Assembly: GCA_963820825.1 (NCBI GenBank)
Contig: CAWGBN010000008.1
Coordinates: 448,001-512,000 of the forward strand
DNA length: 64,000 bases
Direction: 5' to 3'
Origin: Vulcanimicrobiota bacterium
GTDB lineage: Bacteria; Vulcanimicrobiota; Vulcanimicrobiia; Vulcanimicrobiales; Vulcanimicrobiaceae
Shown here: in pieces, positions 47,019 to 58,542 of the stretch
Layout: each line of letters starts with the position of its first letter
Numbering within the stretch: position 1 is the first letter of the stretch
Program-made: the position numbers and the translations under genes
The notes under the pieces: model-generated
What the model was told of the DNA's origin: nothing
Database searches by the model: none
Seen by the model: only the letters and a program-made list of their open reading frames with translations

Positions 47019-48147
47019 CCGCCTTCGACCCGCGACCGAGACGCGTCAGCGCATCGATCCGTTCCAGTGAGCTCAGCTTGCGTACGAACGGCAAGGCCGC
47101 GCGCATGCCGCGCGCCGAGGGCCGGTAGCCGGGACGCGCCGCGTCGGGGTTTAGCCAAGCGATCGCTGCGGTGCGGCGAGCAATCTCGCCCATCGCCCGC
47201 TGCAGCCGCGAAATCTCGCCGACGTCGAGGCCGTCGCTGATGACGATCACGAAGGTCTGATCGCTCAAGCGCGCGCCGTACTTGCGGAGAAACTCGTTCA
47301 GACTCGCGCCGATGCGCGTCCCGCCGCCCCACGCTTCGCCGAGATCCTTTAAGCGAAAGGTGCGATCGCGACCCGCTTCGCGCAGCTTGTGCGTGACCTC
47401 TTGGAGCTGCGTGCTGAACAGAAAGGCACTCGCACGACGGGTGCGGGCGCAGAGCGCGTAGGCGAACTGCAGCATCCGCGGCGCGTGCTCGCTCATCGAG
47501 CGGCTCCCGTCGATCAGCACGACAAAGCGCGGGTTGCGTAGCGGATGGCCCAGCGTCCGCGGCTCGAGCAGGTCGCCGCCGGTGCGCAGGCTCGCGCGCA
47601 ACGTTCGCCGCAGATCGAAGCGCGGGCCGCGCGCTTGCGGCTTCCAGCGGCGCGATCGCCCCAACTGCAGACGCGCGATGAGACGCCCGGCCTCGCGCAA
47701 TGCCGCATCGAGTCCCTCGAGCGGAATCGCCGGCGCACTCGACGCCGCCGCGTTCGGACTATAGCGCGCGAGCAGCGCCCGCCACGCCTCGCCGAGGCTC
47801 TCCGATTCGGGCTCTCGTTTTATCTCGGCATTCTCCGGCGGCGCAAAGCTCTCGTCGCGCATCGGGCGGGTGCGCCGGCGCGCGCGGCTTCGATAGGCCG
47901 ATCCGGGCGCGGCGCTTGCGAAGAAGGCATCGAACGCGTGATTGAAGAGCTCGATCTCTTCGGGTTTGCCGCAGCAGATCGCCCGTAGCGCGGCCGCGAC
48001 GCGGCGGCGTTGCCGCAGGCCGACGATCTCGACCGCGCGCACCGCGTCGAACGCCTCGCGCGGACCGATGTTGAAGGCGTGAACGGAGCGAAGCCGCTCG
48101 CAGAACTCGACGACCTTCTCGGAGAGATTCGCCCGCGCTTCAGGCAT
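47005..48147 (-). CDS. coxE: CoxE VWA-domain protein
   Basis: DGSRSM MIDAS, WGGGTRIG, SDGLD, WLNP. Confidence 0.88.
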   Translation of the reverse strand: MPEARANLSEKVVEFCERLRSVHAFNIGPREAFDAVRAVEIVGLRQRRRVAAALRAICCGKPEEIELFNHAFDAFFASAAPGSAYRSRARRRTRPMRDESFAPPENAEIKREPESESLGEAWRALLARYSPNAAASSAPAIPLEGLDAALREAGRLIARLQLGRSRRWKPQARGPRFDLRRTLRASLRTGGDLLEPRTLGHPLRNPRFVVLIDGSRSMSEHAPRMLQFAYALCARTRRASAFLFSTQLQEVTHKLREAGRDRTFRLKDLGEAWGGGTRIGASLNEFLRKYGARLSDQTFVIVISDGLDVGEISRLQRAMGEIARRTAAIAWLNPDAARPGYRPSARGMRAALPFVRKLSSLERIDALTRLGRGSKAVADA

Positions 48148-49012
48148 GGGCGAGCAGTGGTTCGTACTGCGGACGCAGCGTGCGAAGCAGTTCCCAATCC
48201 TCTTGCACCTTCAAGATGCATCCGGTCGTCGCTTCGAGCGTGCGTTCGTCGAGCGCGTCGCGATGGAGCCGCACGAGCGCGAGTGCCCAGTCGAGGCTCT
48301 CCGCCGTGCCCGGCACCCGCTGGAACGGCTGCGCGCGCAGAAACTCCATGAAACGCGCGATCTGGCGCGCGAGACGTTCGTCGATACCCGGCAGCCGCGC
48401 GCGCAGGATCTCGAGCTCACGTTCGAAGCTTGGATAGCCGATCCAGAGATAGAGGCAGCGCCGGCGCAGTGCGTCGGAGAGATCGCGGGTACGGTTCGAG
48501 GTAACGACGACGATCGGCCGAGCTCTGGCGCGCAGCGTCCCGATCTCCGGAATCGTTACTTGAAATTCGCCGAGCAGCTCGAGCAGAAAGGCCTCGAAGG
48601 CTTCGTCGGCGCGATCGATCTCGTCGATGAGCAGCACCGGCGCGCACTCTTCGCCGATCGCGGCGAGAAGCGGACGCGCGAGCAAGAACTCGCGGCCGAA
48701 AATCTCCGCCTCGCGCGCTTCGACGCTCTCGCCTCGCTGCTCGGTGAGCCGAATGTGGAGAAGCTGTTTGGGATAGTTCCACTCGTAGAGCGCGCTCGCC
48801 GAATCGAGACCCTCGTAGCACTGCAGCCGGATCAGCTTGGTCTCGAGCACGTCGGCGAGCACCTTCGCGCTCTCGGTCTTTCCAACGCCGGCGGGACCCT
48901 CGATCAGCAACGGCTTTTCGAGCGCGAGCGCGAGTTCCAACGACGTCGCGACGTCCTCGTCGGCGATGTACCCTAGCTGCGCGAAGCGCTCGCGGATGCG
49001 TGCCGCGTTCAC
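48140..49012 (-). CDS. coxD: CoxD MoxR-type AAA+ ATPase
   Basis: GPAGVGKT, RLQCYEGLD, LLIDEID, LSDALRRRC. Confidence 0.92.
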   Translation of the reverse strand: MNAARIRERFAQLGYIADEDVATSLELALALEKPLLIEGPAGVGKTESAKVLADVLETKLIRLQCYEGLDSASALYEWNYPKQLLHIRLTEQRGESVEAREAEIFGREFLLARPLLAAIGEECAPVLLIDEIDRADEAFEAFLLELLGEFQVTIPEIGTLRARARPIVVVTSNRTRDLSDALRRRCLYLWIGYPSFERELEILRARLPGIDERLARQIARFMEFLRAQPFQRVPGTAESLDWALALVRLHRDALDERTLEATTGCILKVQEDWELLRTLRPQYEPLLAHA

Positions 49013-49824
49013 TGCGGTTCCTTCGCGGCGATCGTGGAAACGATCTCCGCCAGAATCGAGACGGCGACGTCTGCGGGACGCCGCGCGCCGAGGTCGAGGC
49101 CGGCGGGATTGTGGACGTTCGCGAGACGCTCGCCCGCAACACCGCGGCGCTTCGTCTCGGCAAAGACGTCGGCGGCGCGCTTACGGCTGGCGAGCAGTCC
49201 GATGTACACCGGTTCACTTCCTTAAGTAACGCTTCGAGGGCGGTTTCGTCGTAGTGTCCTTGCGACGCGACGACGGCGACGAGGCGCGCGCGGTCGACCG
49301 GCTCGATTCCCGGCGAGAAAGTCGGGAACGCATCGAGTGCGACCGCGTGTTCCTCTTCGGATTCGGCGCGCTCGTGCAGGCTCCGGCGCGTCGACCACGC
49401 GGATGACGCGATAGCCGTCGAGGGCGGACGCCAGACGCGCGAGCCGTCGGCAACCGGCGTAGCGCCGGCGACGACGAGCAGATCGCGCCGGCAGATGCGG
49501 CTCGACGTAGACGTCGACCGCCCCTTCCGACTCGCAGCTCATCGGACGACGACCGTGCCGGCTCGGAGTCGTCGGCGCGACCGGCGCGCCGGGTCGGATC
49601 CGACTGCGCGGATCGCCGTGCGCATGGCAGCCTCGTCGCCGCACGATGTCGCGCGAACACGAGCCGCCGACGAAGCCGTGCATGCGTCCGTCGGCCAGAA
49701 CGATCGCGTGGTCGCCTATGTGCGAGCTGATCGGTCCATCGCGCTGACGACGGTTGCGAGTGCGAAGGGTGTGCGCGCCCGCTCGAGTTCGGCGACGCGC
49801 TCGAAGAACTCGCGCGCAGTTCAT
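49009..49824 (-). CDS. coxF: XdhC/CoxF family chaperone, frameshifted
   Basis: GFVGGSCS, MSCESEGAVDVYVEP, YIGLLAS, PAGLDLGA across frames. Confidence 0.75.
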
Positions 49825-50291
49825 GGAGTTAGCACCGCGCCGCCCAACGTTTTCTTCACGTTCTCGAAGGTCGTCTCGATCACGCGCCGCGCTTGCGCGT
49901 CGACCACGCGTCCGCCGATCGTCGCGATCGGTCCGCGCAGCGATGCCGTGCCCTTCCAGTTCAAAATCGTCGTGGTATCGTTCTCGCGCGATAAGATCGG
50001 CGCCCGCGAGTAGATCGACGACGCTGCCCGAAGCCGCCGCCGTTGATCTTCATGTCCATGTGACTTGCCGCCGGCATTCGGCTCGAGCACGATCTTGAAC
50101 GTTGAACTTGCCGCGCACCGGGCCGACGGCGACGCCGACGACCGCGTCGAAGCGTGCGCGTCGACGATCGTCGTCTCGCGCACGTCGGGCAGGCACGTGG
50201 CGATCTTCGCCGGGTCGTTGATGAACGCCCAGACCGTCGTCCTTAGTCGGCCGCGATCGTCTCCTGCCCGTTCCACTTGAGGTTCACTCAT
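49821..50291 (-). CDS. coxG: CoxG (SRPBCC) protein, frameshifted
   Basis: VWAFINDP..IATCLP, A...G.IATIGGRVVD. Confidence 0.78.
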   Translation of the reverse strand: MSEPQVERAGDDRGRLRTTVWAFINDPAKIATCLPDVRETTIVDAHASTRSSASPSARCAASSTFKIVLEPNAGGKSHGHEDQRRRLRAASSIYSRAPILSRENDTTTILNWKGTASLRGPIATIGGRVVDAQARRVIETTFENVKKTLGGAVLTP

Positions 50292-52680
50292 GAAGCCTTC
50301 GCTTCGCGTCGCGGATCGCGCGCCAGACCTTGTCGCGCGTCAGCGGCATGTCGATGTGCGTGCACGCCCAGCGGCGACAGCGCATCGATGACGGCGTTGA
50401 CGAACGCGGCGGGACTGCCGACGTTCGGACTCTCGCCGACGCCCTTCGCGCCGATCGGATGGTGCGGGCTCGGCGTGACGGTATTCGCCGTCTCCCAGTG
50501 CGGCGTCTCGAGCGACGGTCGGCACGAGGTAGTCGGTGAAGTTGGTGTTGAGGTTGTTGCCGTCGGCGTCGTACTGGATCTCCTGCATGAAGGCCATCGC
50601 GAAGCCCTCGGTCAGGCCGCCGTGGATCTGCCCTTCGACGATCATCGGGTTGATGACGACGCCGCAGTCGTCGACGGCCACGAAGCGGCGCACCTTCACC
50701 TCGCCGGTCTCGCGATCGACGTCGACGACCGCGATGTACGCGCCGTTCGGGAACGTCATGTTCGGCGGATCGTAGTAGTAGGTCGCTTCGAGACCCGGCT
50801 CGTTCTGGCGCCATGTTGGTGTAGGCGGCAAACGCCACTTCCTTCATCGTGACGCTCTTGGCCGGCACGCCCTTGACCTGGAACTTGTAGTCCTTCCACT
50901 CGACGTCGTCCTCGCCGACCTCGAGCAGATGCGCGGCGATCTTGCGCGCCTTCTCGCGAATGCGGCGCGCCGCCATCACGATGCGCGCCGCCGGCGACCG
51001 GCGTGCTGCGGCTCGCGTAGGTGCCGAGGCCGTAGGGCGCGGTGTCGGTGTCGCCTTCTTCGACCATGATGCTCTGCGGGTCGAGCCCGAGCTCTTCGGC
51101 GACGATCTGCGCCCAGGTCGTTTCGTGGCCCTGGCCCTGCGACTTGCGCGTCCCGGTGCGCACGATGCCCGCGCCGGTCGGGATGGATGCGGATCTCGGC
51201 GCTGTCGAACATCTTGATGCCGAGGATGTCGAAGTGCTTCGACGGGCCGGCGCCGACGACCTCGGTGAAGGTCGAGAAGCCGATGCCCATCAGCTCGCCG
51301 CGGGCGCGCTTCTCGGCCTGCTCCTTGCAGCAGCGTCGTCGTAGCCGATCTTCTCGAGCGCGACGTCGCAGCGTCTCGTGGTAGTCGCCGCTGTCGTAGG
51401 TGAAGCCGAGCGCCGACGGATACGGGAACTGCTCCTTCTTGATGAAGTTCTTCCGGCGCAGCTCCACCGGCATCCATGCCGAGCTCGTCGGCCAGGATGT
51501 CCATGCCGCGCTCGATCGCGAAACTCGCTTCGGTGACGCGGAACGAGCAGCGATAGGCGATGCCGCCCGGCGCCTTGTTCGTGAAGTACGCGTCGACTTC
51601 GGCGTGGGCCGTCGGGAAAGTCGTAGCTGCCGGTGACGATGCCGAACATGCCGGCCGGGATACTTGCGCGGATCGGCGGCCGCGTCGAACGCGCCGTGGT
51701 CGGCGGTCGTCGCGACGTGCAGCGCGGTGACCTTGCCGTCGTGCGGTCGCGCCGATCTCGACGTCCATGTGGTAGTCGCGCGCGAAGCCGGTGCTCGTGA
51801 GGTTCTCGGTGCGCGTCTCGATCCACTTCACCGGCCGTCCGATCTTGAGCGCGCCGACGATGGCGCACGACGTAGCCGGGATAGACCGGCACCTTGTTGC
51901 CGAAGCCGCCGCCGAGGTCCGGCGAGATGACGTGGATCTTGTCCTCGGGAATGCCGGTGACCAGCGACAAGCGCCGTGCGGTAGCACGTGCGGCGCCTGC
52001 GACGTCACGTGGAACTGCAGCCGCCCCATGCGTGTCGAAGTAGGCGACGCAGCCGCACGGCTCGAGCGGCGCCGGGATGGCAGCGCTGGAACCAGATGCG
52101 CTGCTTGATGCGCTTCGGCTCGAGCCGCCAGCGCGCGCTCGGCCTTCGCCTTGTCGCCGACTTCCCAGTGGATAGATGTGGTTCGTCTTGCTCTCGCGAT
52201 CGTCGCGCAGCAGCACCTTGTCGGTCTTCGCGCGTGGAACGGATCGGCGACGACGGGTCGAGCGGCTCGTACTCGACCTGCGACCGCTTCGGCGCCGTCG
52301 GCGGCGCGATCTCGCGCGACGTCGGCGAACACGGCGGCGACTTCCTGATACTGGAAGAGCACCTTGCCGATCGCCAGCACCATCTGCTTGTCGAAGCCGT
52401 GGAAGGTCGGCAGCCATCCGAGCCCGGCGGCCTCGAGGTCCTTGCCGGTGATCACGGCCTTGACGCCGGGCACCTTCAGCGCCTCGCTCTTGTCGATGCT
52501 CTTGATCTCGCGCGTGCGGATAGGGACTGTGCACCAGCGCGAGGTAGAGCATGCCGGGAAGCGAGATGTCGTCGACGTAGTGTCCCTTGCCCTGGATGAA
52601 GCGCGGATCTTCCTTGCGCTTCATCGACACGCCGATCGAGTGCCGCGGCTTGGCCGGATGCTCAGTCGTCGTTCGCTCAT
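50284..52680 (-). CDS. coxL: Aerobic CO dehydrogenase large subunit, form I; many frameshifts
   Basis: [30 protein letters not shown] (51538-51558), [20 protein letters not shown]. Confidence 0.92.
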
Positions 52681-53182
52681 GACGTCAGCTCCCTGGCGGC
52701 GGCGGCCGGCTCGGCCGCGAGCGTCGCTGGCCGCCTGCTGCACGGCTTTGACGATGTTCTGATAGCCGGTGCAGCGGCACAGGTTGCCGGCGAGTCCTTC
52801 GCGGATCTCGGCTTCGCTCGGATTGCGGCTGGTGCTTGAGCAGCGCGTACGCCGTCATCAGCATGCCCGGGCGTGCAGTAGCCGCACTGCAGGCCGTGCT
52901 GATCCCAGAAGGCCTGCTGCAGCGGGTGCAGCTTGCCGCCCTGCTGCGAGCCCCTCGACGGTCGGATCTCGTGGCCGTCGGCCTGCACCGCGAACATCGT
53001 GCACGACTTCACCGCCCGGTCGCCGTCCATGCACGACGACGCAGCAGCCGCAGCTCGACGTGTCGCAGCCGACGTGCGTGCCGGTCAGCCCGCAGTCTTC
53101 GCGCAGGAAGTACGCCAGCAGCGTGCGCGGCTCGACGTCGCGTTCGTACGGCGACGCCGTTGACCGTGACGTTGACCTTCAT
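52677..53182 (-). CDS. coxS: CO dehydrogenase small (2Fe-2S) subunit, frameshifted
   Basis: [41 protein letters not shown]. Confidence 0.9.
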
Positions 53183-54077
53183 TAGCCTCGCACCCCCAGA
53201 CGCGTCGAGCGCCTGACGCAGACCGCGCGACCGACGAGCACGCCGGCCAGATGCTTCTTGTACTCGACGCTGCCGCGCAGGTCGGCCTGCGGATCGGCGA
53301 TGCTTACGCGGCGTCGCGCATCGCCGCCCGAATCAGCTCCTCGTCGGCTTCTGCGCCCGCGAGCAGCTGCTCGGCCGCGTCGACGCGCAGCGCCGTCGGA
53401 CCGAGCGCGCCGACAGCGCGATGCCGGCCGCCGGCGATCGTGCCGTCGGCGTTCAGCGACATCTGCACGGCCGCCGCGGCGGTGGCGAAGTCGCCGACCT
53501 TGCGTTCGATCTTCTGATACGAACCCGGCGGTGCGATCGTCGGGCATCGGGAAATCGGACGCTCGAGCGCCATCTCGCCGGTCGCCGACCGCGGTCGTGA
53601 AGCTGTCGACGAGGAAGTCGTCGATGGCGACCGTGCGCGTTCCGGCCTTCGCCGCGCACGACGACGGTGGCGCGCGACGGCGAGCGCGATCGACCGGCCA
53701 GTCGCCGGCCGGGATCGTTGTGGCACAGGCTGCCGACGACGGTGCCCATCTGCCGCACGACCGGATCGGCGACCACGCGCGACGTGTCGGCGATCAGCTC
53801 GGTAGCGCTCGCCGATCCACGGCGCGCGTCTCGAGGGCGCTGTCGCGCGTCGTCGCGCCGACCGCGAGCGCACCGCCCGACTCGCGCAGGTACGTCCAGG
53901 TCGTCGATCGGATTGATGTCGACCAGGACGGACGGGACGCGCGAGCCGAAATCGCATCGCCGGAATGAGGCTCTGCCCGCCGGCGAGCACGCGCGCGTCG
54001 TCGCCGTAGCTTGCCAGCGCCGCGATCGCTTCGTCGACGGAGCGGGCCGGCCGGTAGTCAAACTGGGCTGGAAACAT
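53182..54077 (-). CDS. coxM: CO dehydrogenase medium (FAD) subunit, frameshifted
   Basis: GGAGGAG+ATG; MFPAQFDY, LAGGQSLIP, ERKVGDFA, DLRGSVEYKKHL. Confidence 0.9.
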
Positions 54078-54226
54078 TCGCTCCTCCAAACCGTGCGGAA
54101 GAACGTTTACGTCGGTGCGTTTGGGGTTCGACGGCGCCTAGTAGGAAGACTCCTAAGCCCGGCTGACCGTCGAACGTCGTACGATTTATGAAGGAAGTGT
54201 GAATCGCCCGCCTCGTACCTAGGCGT

Positions 54227-54578
54227 ATGGTCGACGCACAGCTTATCGCTCACCATGCTCGGCTCGAGCGATCTCGACCGCGCCGTCGCGTTTTACACCG
54301 AGGTTCTCGGATTTCGGGTCGCCGGTCGCTTCGGCGAATTCGTCTTCTTCGACACCGGAGCGACGACGCTGGCGATTACCAGCGAGCTTGCGCCCGCGCA
54401 GGCGCTAGCCGCGACGCACGAATGCGTCTTTGGCGTCGCGAGTGTGACCCAAGCGTACGCCGCGTTGAAAGATCGCATCGACTTTCTTAACGAGCCCCGT
54501 CCGATTAACGCCGATCGCTGGGCGGTGAACTTCCGCGATCCCGACGGACATCAATGCTCGCTCTACGGACCGGAGTAA
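54227..54578 (+). CDS. VOC/glyoxalase family protein (probable 1-nt indel near start)
   Basis: DLDRAVAFYTEVLG, FRDPDGH. Confidence 0.85.
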
Positions 54579-54580
54579 CG

Positions 54581-56765
54581 ATGAGGCATGCAATGCTCGC
54601 TGCGCTAATTCTTCGGCTGCGCCGGCGCAGTTGCCGCCAGCGCGGCGATCCGCGTCCTGCCCAACGGGTGGATCTTGCGCGGCACGAATGGCTCTTTCGT
54701 ACGGACCGGCACGATGCCGCAGGGCGCGGCCCTATCGCCCGACGGGTCGACGCTCGCCGTCGTCGAGTCGGGCTTCAATCCGCCGGCGCTCGTGTTCTAT
54801 GCAACGGCAAACCTGCGCGCGACCCGCCGCGTTGCGCTTGCGGGCGCGTTCGGACGTCCGGTCTGGTTTGGCCGTTCGATACTCGTCGCGGGTGCGAATG
54901 CCGATGCCGTATTTGCAATCGATTCGGCGAGCGGCGGCGTACGAAAGTTCGCGTTGCCGCACAACAGCTATCCGATCTCGGTCGCGGCCGATCGCGGGCT
55001 CGTCGCCGTCGTGACCAACGGCGACGAGAGCCTCCGCATCGGCAAGCTCGATGCGCTGAGCGGCGCTCGCGCGATCCGTGTCGGACGCCAACCCGGGAGT
55101 GCCGCGTTCTCGCAAGACGGAAAGCGAGTCTTCGTCGCGGTGCGTTCGGCAAGCTACGTCGCGAGCGTCGACGTGCGCACCGGCACGGTGCGGCGCATCG
55201 TCACCGATTTGCATCCGAGCGACGTGCTCGTCGCCGGGCCGGCGCTCTACGTCGCGCAGACCGACGCCGATACGGTCGGTATCTACGACGCCGCGACGGG
55301 AGAGCGCCGCCAAGACGTTTACGTCGGCACCGTTCGCGGCCACATCGGCTCGTCTCCCAACGCGCTCTCGACCGCCGGCGGCGCGATCTACGTCACCTTG
55401 GGCGCGGCAAATGAAGTCGTCGTGCTGCACGGCGCCCAAATTGCAGCGCGGTACCCGACGGGATGGTATCCGACCGCCGCGATTGCGCTGCGCAACCGGC
55501 TCTTCGTCATCGACGGCAAGGGCGAGGGTACGAAGCCGAATCCGCATTTCAACGTGATGAGCCGCAGTAACGTCGATTACATCGCCGCCGTTCAGTTCGG
55601 CTCGATTCGCGCGCTCTCGCTCGACGGCGCGCCGCCGCCGTTAAATCCGCAAGGCGCACAGGGCGCACCATCACCGCCCGCTCAGACGGTCCTACGCGCC
55701 GGCGGTCCGATCGAACACGTCTTCTTCATCCTCAAAGAGAACCGGACGTACGATCAAATTCTCGGCGATCTGCCGCAAGGCAACGGCGATCCGAAGCTCG
55801 TCTACTTCGGCGAGCAGGTAACGCCGAACCAGCACGCGATCGCGCAACGTTTCGGACTCTTCGATAATTTCTACGCGAGCGGCGAAGTGAGCGATTCCGG
55901 CCATAACTGGGCCGACGGCGCCTTCGCCAACGACTACGTCGAGCGCACGTGGCCGTCAGTCTACGGCGGGCGCAACGACGACGACGAGGTCCTCGCCGGA
56001 AGCGGCGCGGCCGTTGCCTCGGGCGGTTACATGTGGGACGCCGCGCGGCGCGCCAACGTCAGCTTTCGTGACTACGGCGAGATGGCGCTCATGCCCGCGA
56101 TCGAAGGGCACGTCGCCTCGACGGCACCGAGCATAGGCGACCGCTTCGATCCGAACTACGTCGGATGGGATCTCGATTACAGCGACCTCAACCGCTATAA
56201 AGAATGGAAACGCGAGTTTGACGGCTTCGTCGCAGCCGGCACGACGCCGCAGCTCGAGTGGATGTGGCTGCCAGGCGATCACACCGCCGGGATCAGAGCC
56301 GGAACGCTCACGCCGGCGGCATACATAGCGACGAACGACTACGCCGTCGGGCTCATCGTCGATGCGATCTCGCATTCGAAGATCTGGCCGTCGTCGGCGA
56401 TCTTCATCACCGAGGACGACGCACAGGACGGCGCCGATCACGTCAGCGATCAGCGGACCACGCTCTACGTCGCTTCGCCGTATGCAAAGGGCGGAACGAT
56501 CCACCAGCACTTCTCGACGGTGAGCGTCTTGCGTACGATCGAGCTAATGCTCGGTATGGAACCGCTCTCGGCCTACGACGCGACGGCGGCGCCGCTCTAC
56601 GCCGCCTTCGGATCGACGCCCAATCTCGCGCCGGTCGACGTCATCGCGCCGAAGATCGATACTACGACGCGCAACTCGAAGGTCGCCGCCGCCGCAAGCG
56701 TCGGCGTGCTCTACGATTTGAGCCGCCCCGATACGTTGCTGCCCGAAGCGACTGCTCACCGCTGA
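54581..56765 (+). CDS. Secreted YVTN beta-propeller plus phosphoesterase (alkaline-phosphatase superfamily); indel near 54608
   Basis: Propeller repeats; ILKENRTYDQILGD, EDDAQDGADHV. Confidence 0.85.
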
Positions 56766-56766
56766 C

Positions 56767-57108
56767 GTGGCAACCAAAGCACAAGTTGAAAAGGCTATCT
56801 TCGAGCGCGAGGGCTTTCGCGTCGAGCTCGAACCCTTTGAAGGCAAACGTCCCGCGTTGCCGCCCTACGAGTTCTCGGTGATGGCGCCGCAGCGCTGGAA
56901 GGTCTCGGATTGGAAGAACGAGCGGCTCGCGGCGTACCGGTTACTCGTAAAAGGCGCGACGGTATACCGCGGCGATGGGACGCCCATTCCGCGAGACGTG
57001 CAACTCGGGAATCTACGCGATACCTACTACGAGGCTGCGTATGGAGCGTCGCCTCCACCCGCAGATGCCGGCGACGAGAAGGTGATCAAACTTACTCGTC
57101 GACGTTGA
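56767..57108 (+). CDS. Conserved hypothetical protein
   Basis: Clean ORF 1 nt after upstream stop; VE..IF..EGFRV, LRDTY. Confidence 0.65.
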   Translation: MATKAQVEKAIFEREGFRVELEPFEGKRPALPPYEFSVMAPQRWKVSDWKNERLAAYRLLVKGATVYRGDGTPIPRDVQLGNLRDTYYEAAYGASPPPADAGDEKVIKLTRRR

Positions 57109-57556
57109 TCGGCACGCCCTCGAACGAGGTGGAGAGCACGACGAGCGTGACGATGTGCACCGCCGCCGGCTCGAGGTGGTTGAGCAGTTCCTCGAGATGC
57201 GTTACGTCGCGCACGACTGCCTGTGCGATGAACGAGAACTCGCCGGTGACGCGATGGCAGGCGAGTATCTCGGGCCGCTCTTTCGCGACTTTGACGAAAC
57301 GCGCATCGGGACCGTTCGGTCGCGCGAGAATGAACGCGGTAACGGGATAACCGAGCTTCGCGCTCGAGAGCCGAACGCCGTATCCTTCGATCACGCCCGC
57401 CTCTTCGAGACGGCGGATGCGCTCCGCGACGCTCGTCGCAGAGAGACCGATCGCCTTACCGATCTCGGCGAACGAGTCGCGGCCGTTGCTCTGGAGCGAA
57501 CGCACGATCGAACAGTCGATCCGATCGAGAGCGTGAAAACGCGGGCTCTTTGCCAA
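57092..57556 (-). CDS. Lrp/AsnC family transcriptional regulator
   Basis: LDRID..I...LQ.NGR.S..EI...GLS...V.ERIRRLE..GVI.GY; AGGAGGAGG + TTG. Confidence 0.92.
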   Translation of the reverse strand: MAKSPRFHALDRIDCSIVRSLQSNGRDSFAEIGKAIGLSATSVAERIRRLEEAGVIEGYGVRLSSAKLGYPVTAFILARPNGPDARFVKVAKERPEILACHRVTGEFSFIAQAVVRDVTHLEELLNHLEPAAVHIVTLVVLSTSFEGVPINVDE

Positions 57557-57641
57557 CGAAACCTCCTCCTTCGAGGCAGCGGCCAGGTTTTTCGTTGGAA
57601 ACTTGCTGTCCTCCGCCGGCGCGGCGCGATACGATACCGCC

Positions 57642-58542
57642 ATGCCGGTCGATTGCATCGTCGCAACGTGCGAATTCGTCTCGGAGCTCGATCCCGACGA
57701 CCAGATGCTGGTGGAGGAGCTCCGCCGGCGCGGCCTTACGGTCTCGGTCGCGGTCTGGAACGACCCGCGCGTCGCTTGGGGCTCGGCTCGCCTCTGCCTG
57801 GTGCGCTCGACCTGGGATTATCACCGTCGCTACGACGAGTTCCTTGCGTGGATCGAGCGGATCTCATCGCTCACCGTGGTGAAGAACGATCCGCATCTGC
57901 TGCGCTGGAACGCCCAGTAAATCGTACCTGCTCGATCTGGAGCGGATCGGCGTGCCGATCGTTCCGACGCTCTGGATCCGCCGGGGCGAGCGGCGAGCGC
58001 TTCGCGAGATTGCACGAGCCCGCGGCTGGCGCAGCGTCGTCCTAAAGCCGGCGCGCGGCGCCGCCGCGCACGGCGTGACGCTCGTTCGCGAAGACGAGGC
58101 TTCGCTCACCGCCGGGCAGGCGCGGTTCGCCGAGCTGCTCGCAGACGAAGACGTGCTCGTTCAGCCCTATCTCGACGGCGTCGTGAGCTATGGCGAACGC
58201 GCGCTGATCGTGATCTGCAGCCGCTACTCGCACGCGGCGGTGAAGAAACCCTTCGACCGGATCCTCGCCGTCAGCAGCGAGCCGTCGTCCTACGTCGAGG
58301 CGACGCGCGAAGAGATCGCGGTCGCCATCGAAGCCGTTGAAGCGGTCCCGGGCGAGCCGCTCTACGCGCGCGTCGATCTGCTCAAAGACGACGACGGACG
58401 CGTACGCGTCAGCGAAGTCGAACTGATCGAGCCAACGCTCTACTTCGCGCTGCACGAGCCGGCACGGCGCGAGCTCGCCGACGCGATCGAGCGCGAGCTC
58501 GAGCTCGTCGCAAGGTCCGGGGCGCTAACGATTAGACCGTAA
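57642..58542 (+). CDS. ATP-grasp ligase (RimK/glutathione synthetase-like), single +1 indel near 57914
   Basis: RSTWDY, WN..K.YL.DL, VLKP, YARVD, EVELIEP. Confidence 0.82.

Noticed and set aside
49009..54077. cox cluster as a true pseudogene
   Set aside because: Motifs, RBSs and gene overlaps are preserved and accessory genes are intact; sequencing error is more parsimonious, though unproven
57912..57925. Programmed frameshift or stop readthrough in the ATP-grasp gene
   Set aside because: Removing one base from the CCC run restores WNASKSYLLDL; matches the indel error seen elsewhere; no slippery heptamer
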